From Raillietiella orientalis (lineage: Eukaryota): a stretch of 64,000 nucleotides of DNA. The DNA lies in assembly GCA_036172245.1 (NCBI GenBank), contig JAYWIR010000025.1:124001-188000 (forward strand), read 5' to 3'. Under the pieces are notes generated by a model. It saw only the letters and a program-made list of their open reading frames with translations, did not search any database and was not told where the DNA came from. The position numbers and the translations under genes were made by a program. Below are positions 60,320 through 64,000 of the stretch, in pieces; position 1 is the first letter of the stretch; each line of letters starts with the position of its first letter.

Positions 60320-61336
60320 GCAAGGAAAAAAAAGAAGAGGAAGGCATCTTTTCTCTGTGTCTCAAGGATTACAACAGTGTGAAGCGCAACCGTTCGTCGT
60401 AACTTCCGGTCTCGTGGGTTTTGTCAGCGTCATCTCAATCGCTGTTATCTACGAATGATTCAAGATGAAAATCCATCCTCGGATAAAGGAGCGCGCGAAA
60501 AGGGAAACGTGCAAGCAGGGAACACCGCCGAATGAAGTTGAAAGTTTAGTTTGTGAGAACGAACTGCCCTATCTTCGAATGATGGCCAGCGGCAGCAGCG
60601 GAAGTTGAAGCCTCAGAAGGGCCAGCTGAATTGGCGGAATCTTCTACGAGAGGATGGTTTCAAGGGGTTCGTTTGTTTGGGGAGCCATCGTATGGAGAAA
60701 TCCGATCTCAAGAAAAGTTTCCGAGCGAGAATGCTTTCGTAACGCACAGACGTGTTCTTGAAAGCATGGGTCTTGATATCTTAAACTCGAGCAAACAGTG
60801 CACCCTACCGCCAGAGTGCATGGAACCTTTCTGCAGATACTGTGCGCGTCGAGCAAGCGTGAAGCGACTGAAAGAAGCGTGTTTTCGTTTTAGACCTCAC
60901 TGGTTCTCAGTCTCTGGGAATGAAGAGCGCACTCTTAGAAAGATCGTGCTCTCGTGCTAACGCGAATGCCATGGTCATCGCTCTCGCTACCCGAATTAGG
61001 AACTTCAAAACAGCTACGGTGACTGCCTCACCTCCGAAAACAACTTGACAAATTTTTATCAGAGTTGTTTCCTGGGAAGAGCGCAAGACGTTTTAAAGGG
61101 TGATCTGAAAAAGTAATTAATGGTCCTCCTGCGTTTATTGCACGTTTCCTTTTTCGCGTGCTCCTTTATCCGAGGATGGATTTCCATCTTGAATCATTCG
61201 TAGATAACAGCGATTGAGATGACGCTGACAAAACCCACAAGACCGGAAGTTACGACGAACGGTTGCGCTTCACACTGTTGCAATCTTTGAGACACAGAAA
61301 AAAGGTGCCTTCTTTTTTTCTTTTCCTTTTTCTTGC
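60320..61336. mobile_element. Relatively young foldback/MITE of about 1 kb with about 190-bp inverted arms
   Basis: 60320-60514 and 61138-61336 are reverse complements with few mismatches (e.g. aacagtgtgaagcgcaaccgttcgtcgtaacttccggtct...gtcagcgtcatctcaatcgctgttatctacgaatgattcaagatg). Confidence 0.88.
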
Positions 61337-61590
61337 TTGTCAACTCGGTCTTTTTGCGCGGTTAAGGTCTTCCGGGAACTCAGAAAACAGCACTCGTGAC
61401 TACTAGCGGCTTTTCCCGCGCGCTATTTCGTTCTCTCGGATGATTGATGTTCTGGGAACTCTTTTTTCAGAAACTGTTTTCCAGGAAGGGGATCCGTAAT
61501 TGCTCCGACTGCAATCGTTCCTGAACCTTCTAGCGGTGACTGTCGTTTCGTTTTTTTGTTCCATCAATCTTCCACCACCTCTTTTACGTG

Positions 61591-61617
61591 TACACACACA
61601 CATACACACACACATAC
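61591..61617. repeat. (CA)n-type microsatellite
   Basis: tacacacacacatacacacacacatac. Confidence 0.85.
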
Positions 61618-61799
61618 GTCTGTGTATGTACGACAGAGATCTCGATCTTTCCTCCTGCTGTGCTTTTGTTTGATGCGATTCTTATTGGTTGGCTGCATTT
61701 GCAAGAAACTGTGGCAGGTTTTTTTTCTGAAACTAGGCTCTTGAAACCAACACAGTTAGGTAACGTTGAATCTCACGAAAGATTGTATCACTTGAAGTC

Positions 61800-64000
61800 A
61801 GCTGTCTATTAGGAAGGTTTTGGTGGGAATCCCTAAAGTGCGATCTGTGAGAGTCTCAGAGAGACTTTTGTTGCTTTCTTTCGAGGAAGAACTTGCTACT
61901 AGCCCTGCAGAAGAAAGGATTCGGCACGTGCAGTCACAGAGCAAGGGCCGGCTTGGAATCGGCATCTTGGAATGCATAGCCAGGTGCAGCTGGTTGCTGC
62001 GTTGTGGTCATCGTTTAGTCTTTTCCTTGTTGTAAATTGCAGGAGGATTCCAATCGTCTTCAACCGTCATTCAGTGCCACATGGTCATTACCAGGAAAGA
62101 CCTACGGGTAATGCGTCAAGAGGTCAGGTAGCCTTTCTTTCGAAGCACTTCGGGAACCTGCAGCTCGGCCACAGGCGATGGTACTCGTCACTACGGTTCC
62201 TGCAGGAAATTTTTCTGCATGAAAACCGGATCTTTGCTTTCCAGCAAACTGATAAAAACCAAACTCTCCAGATGTTTACCTCAGGCCATTATGCTCCGAT
62301 GATGCGCAGATTACTCTGGTACGCTGGTAGCAGTACTCTCTCTCTCATTGCTGTCCTGAAGGAGAGCAGCGAGCTCGACGGTTCAACCAAGTGTGCCCCG
62401 AGGTTTGATGAGTGAAATTAAATAAAACATTTGGGAGATCAGAGCACAAAAGTATCATTTCGTCTTTCTTCAAGTGACAGGATATTTCACAGGCGGGACA
62501 AATAGAATGGCGTGTGATGGATAAGAGCAACCCCAATGAAGAATAGCGTGCCAATTGCATTAGGCGTCTGGTGACCACGTCTGTTGACGTAGTCCATGTT
62601 TCTTATTTCCGCATCCCACGGACGTCTTTCCATCTTCTCTTCACGTAAACTCCCTTGTTTCCGTGTTGCCGTTATGTTGACATGGAGGGTTACGTGCCAT
62701 CTGCTAGCTTAATATCTGCCTGTGCGTTCCTCGACTCACCATCACGGAGTTTCCTGGGTTGTTTCCAGGAAGAACGAGATGGCAAAGGCGGTTGATTCTC
62801 GTGGAAGTTGTGCCAGAGATTCTAGCAAAGCTCGGTTAGCCTGCTACAGCGAGGAAGCGGTCATGACGATTCACGTAACTGCTGGGTCCCTAACGCTCTT
62901 TTCCCTATCTGATAGCTGGGAGGACGGCGCTCACAAGTCAAGCAGACGAAGAGGTAATAGCAGTGGCGGCTCCTTCGTCTACCAGCATCATCAGAAGTGG
63001 ACGAGAGGTCTTAGTAATGAAGTGTTCTGAAAGCTGAAATTCAGATGATTTTTGGTGCAGGTGTGCAGGTGCACGAATAGCAGTAGTGATGAGCAGTGTT
63101 CTGCTTTTAGGCCCTTCATTGCTGAGGCAAAAACTAGAAAACTCACGATTCGTGAGAGGCTCCAGAAGACTGAAGCTACGTTTCTCATGATGCTTGTACA
63201 TCAGGGTGCTTCATTTTACACTTTTCACATTTTACAACATCGATTACAGTCATTTGGAAAGGTTGAATACACACTGAACTTTACACGAATAGTGTTTCTG
63301 GTTTCTGGAAATGTGTGCTGACGAGTGATGCTTTTCCTCAATAATAGTCGGTGCATTTCCGAAGGAGGGTCGGGAGCGCTCTGCTTCTTCAACAGGTCTT
63401 CGACTACCTCTTTTTCCATTTCCCAGTTTTGCTCTTTCGCTTTCTGATTAGGACTTCTGTCATGAAGAATGCTAGGCACGTTATCACTAACGAGTTGGTC
63501 TTCGAAGTGATGCCTAGCCCAAGCATTCCTCCTAGTTAGTATGCCTTCTCTTCACTCTTTAGATTCGTGATACTAGTCACGTGTTTCCAAGGCTGCTGTC
63601 CAGGGTTTTACGATGAAAGCCGTGCACGTGCATCTCGGTCTGTCCGCACGCGGGACAGTGCTGGTCCACTTTGCTTTGAGGCCGGTGCTCGAGAGTCTTT
63701 CTACATATTTGTAAAAGATGTAAAGGTAAAAGCGAAATGCATTCTAAATGCCATGACACCATGTCTAGGAAAAAACAAGGTTGTCATGGAGGTCATTTCT
63801 AGTAATTGACACGGATGGTGCATCGCTGTCCATTGTGGCTCAGCAGGATCTTTGGCGACTTTGTAAAGCAGCATGGTGGAAAGGTATCGACTTTACTCGT
63901 TGCTTTCCTGACGGCGAGGACCGCAAGAAGAAAGCACAATCGTTCGCTCATTTGGATACAGGAGTAAATGAAGGGTTTTAAAACACGTTGTGATTGAGCT
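61800..64000 (-). mobile_element. Decayed LINE ORF2 remnant running off the window end
   Basis: EKEVVEDLLK..PDPPSEMHRLLLRKSIT resembles the L1/Tx1 linker (L..PIT..E); weaker RT-like remnants follow downstream. Confidence 0.35.

Noticed and set aside
1..64000. CRISPR array, rRNA, telomeric repeat or prokaryotic defence system
   Set aside because: No regularly spaced direct repeats, rRNA motifs or operon-like intact ORFs; the sequence is spliced eukaryotic DNA.

Overview
This is eukaryotic DNA, from an invertebrate metazoan judging by the genes, not prokaryotic. Two spliced genes could be rebuilt by hand with GT-AG junctions and consistent phases. (1) ABCD4, an ABC subfamily D half-transporter of the lysosomal cobalamin-export type: minus strand, 11 coding exons, 42907->16373, 598 aa. 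(2) A PHLDB/LL5-family gene (FHA + coiled coil + C-terminal PH): plus strand, at least 12 exons, about 49637/49704-57590, about 1067 aa from the first in-frame ATG. The genes diverge around a visibly AT-rich domain (about 43.5-53 kb) where I saw no LINE remnants. Both mix 41-53-nt mini-introns with kilobase, TE-filled introns. Most of the remaining sequence appears to be heavily decayed non-LTR retrotransposons (L1/Tx1-like motifs, some nested), plus foldback MITEs, a TTAA-flanked piggyBac-type element, and putative piggyBac and hAT transposase fossils. The most notable structure is an inverted-repeat pair bracketing ABCD4 exon 3. I found no CRISPR array, rRNA or intact tRNA, and no convincing new multi-gene system. 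TE boundaries are approximate and were judged by eye.
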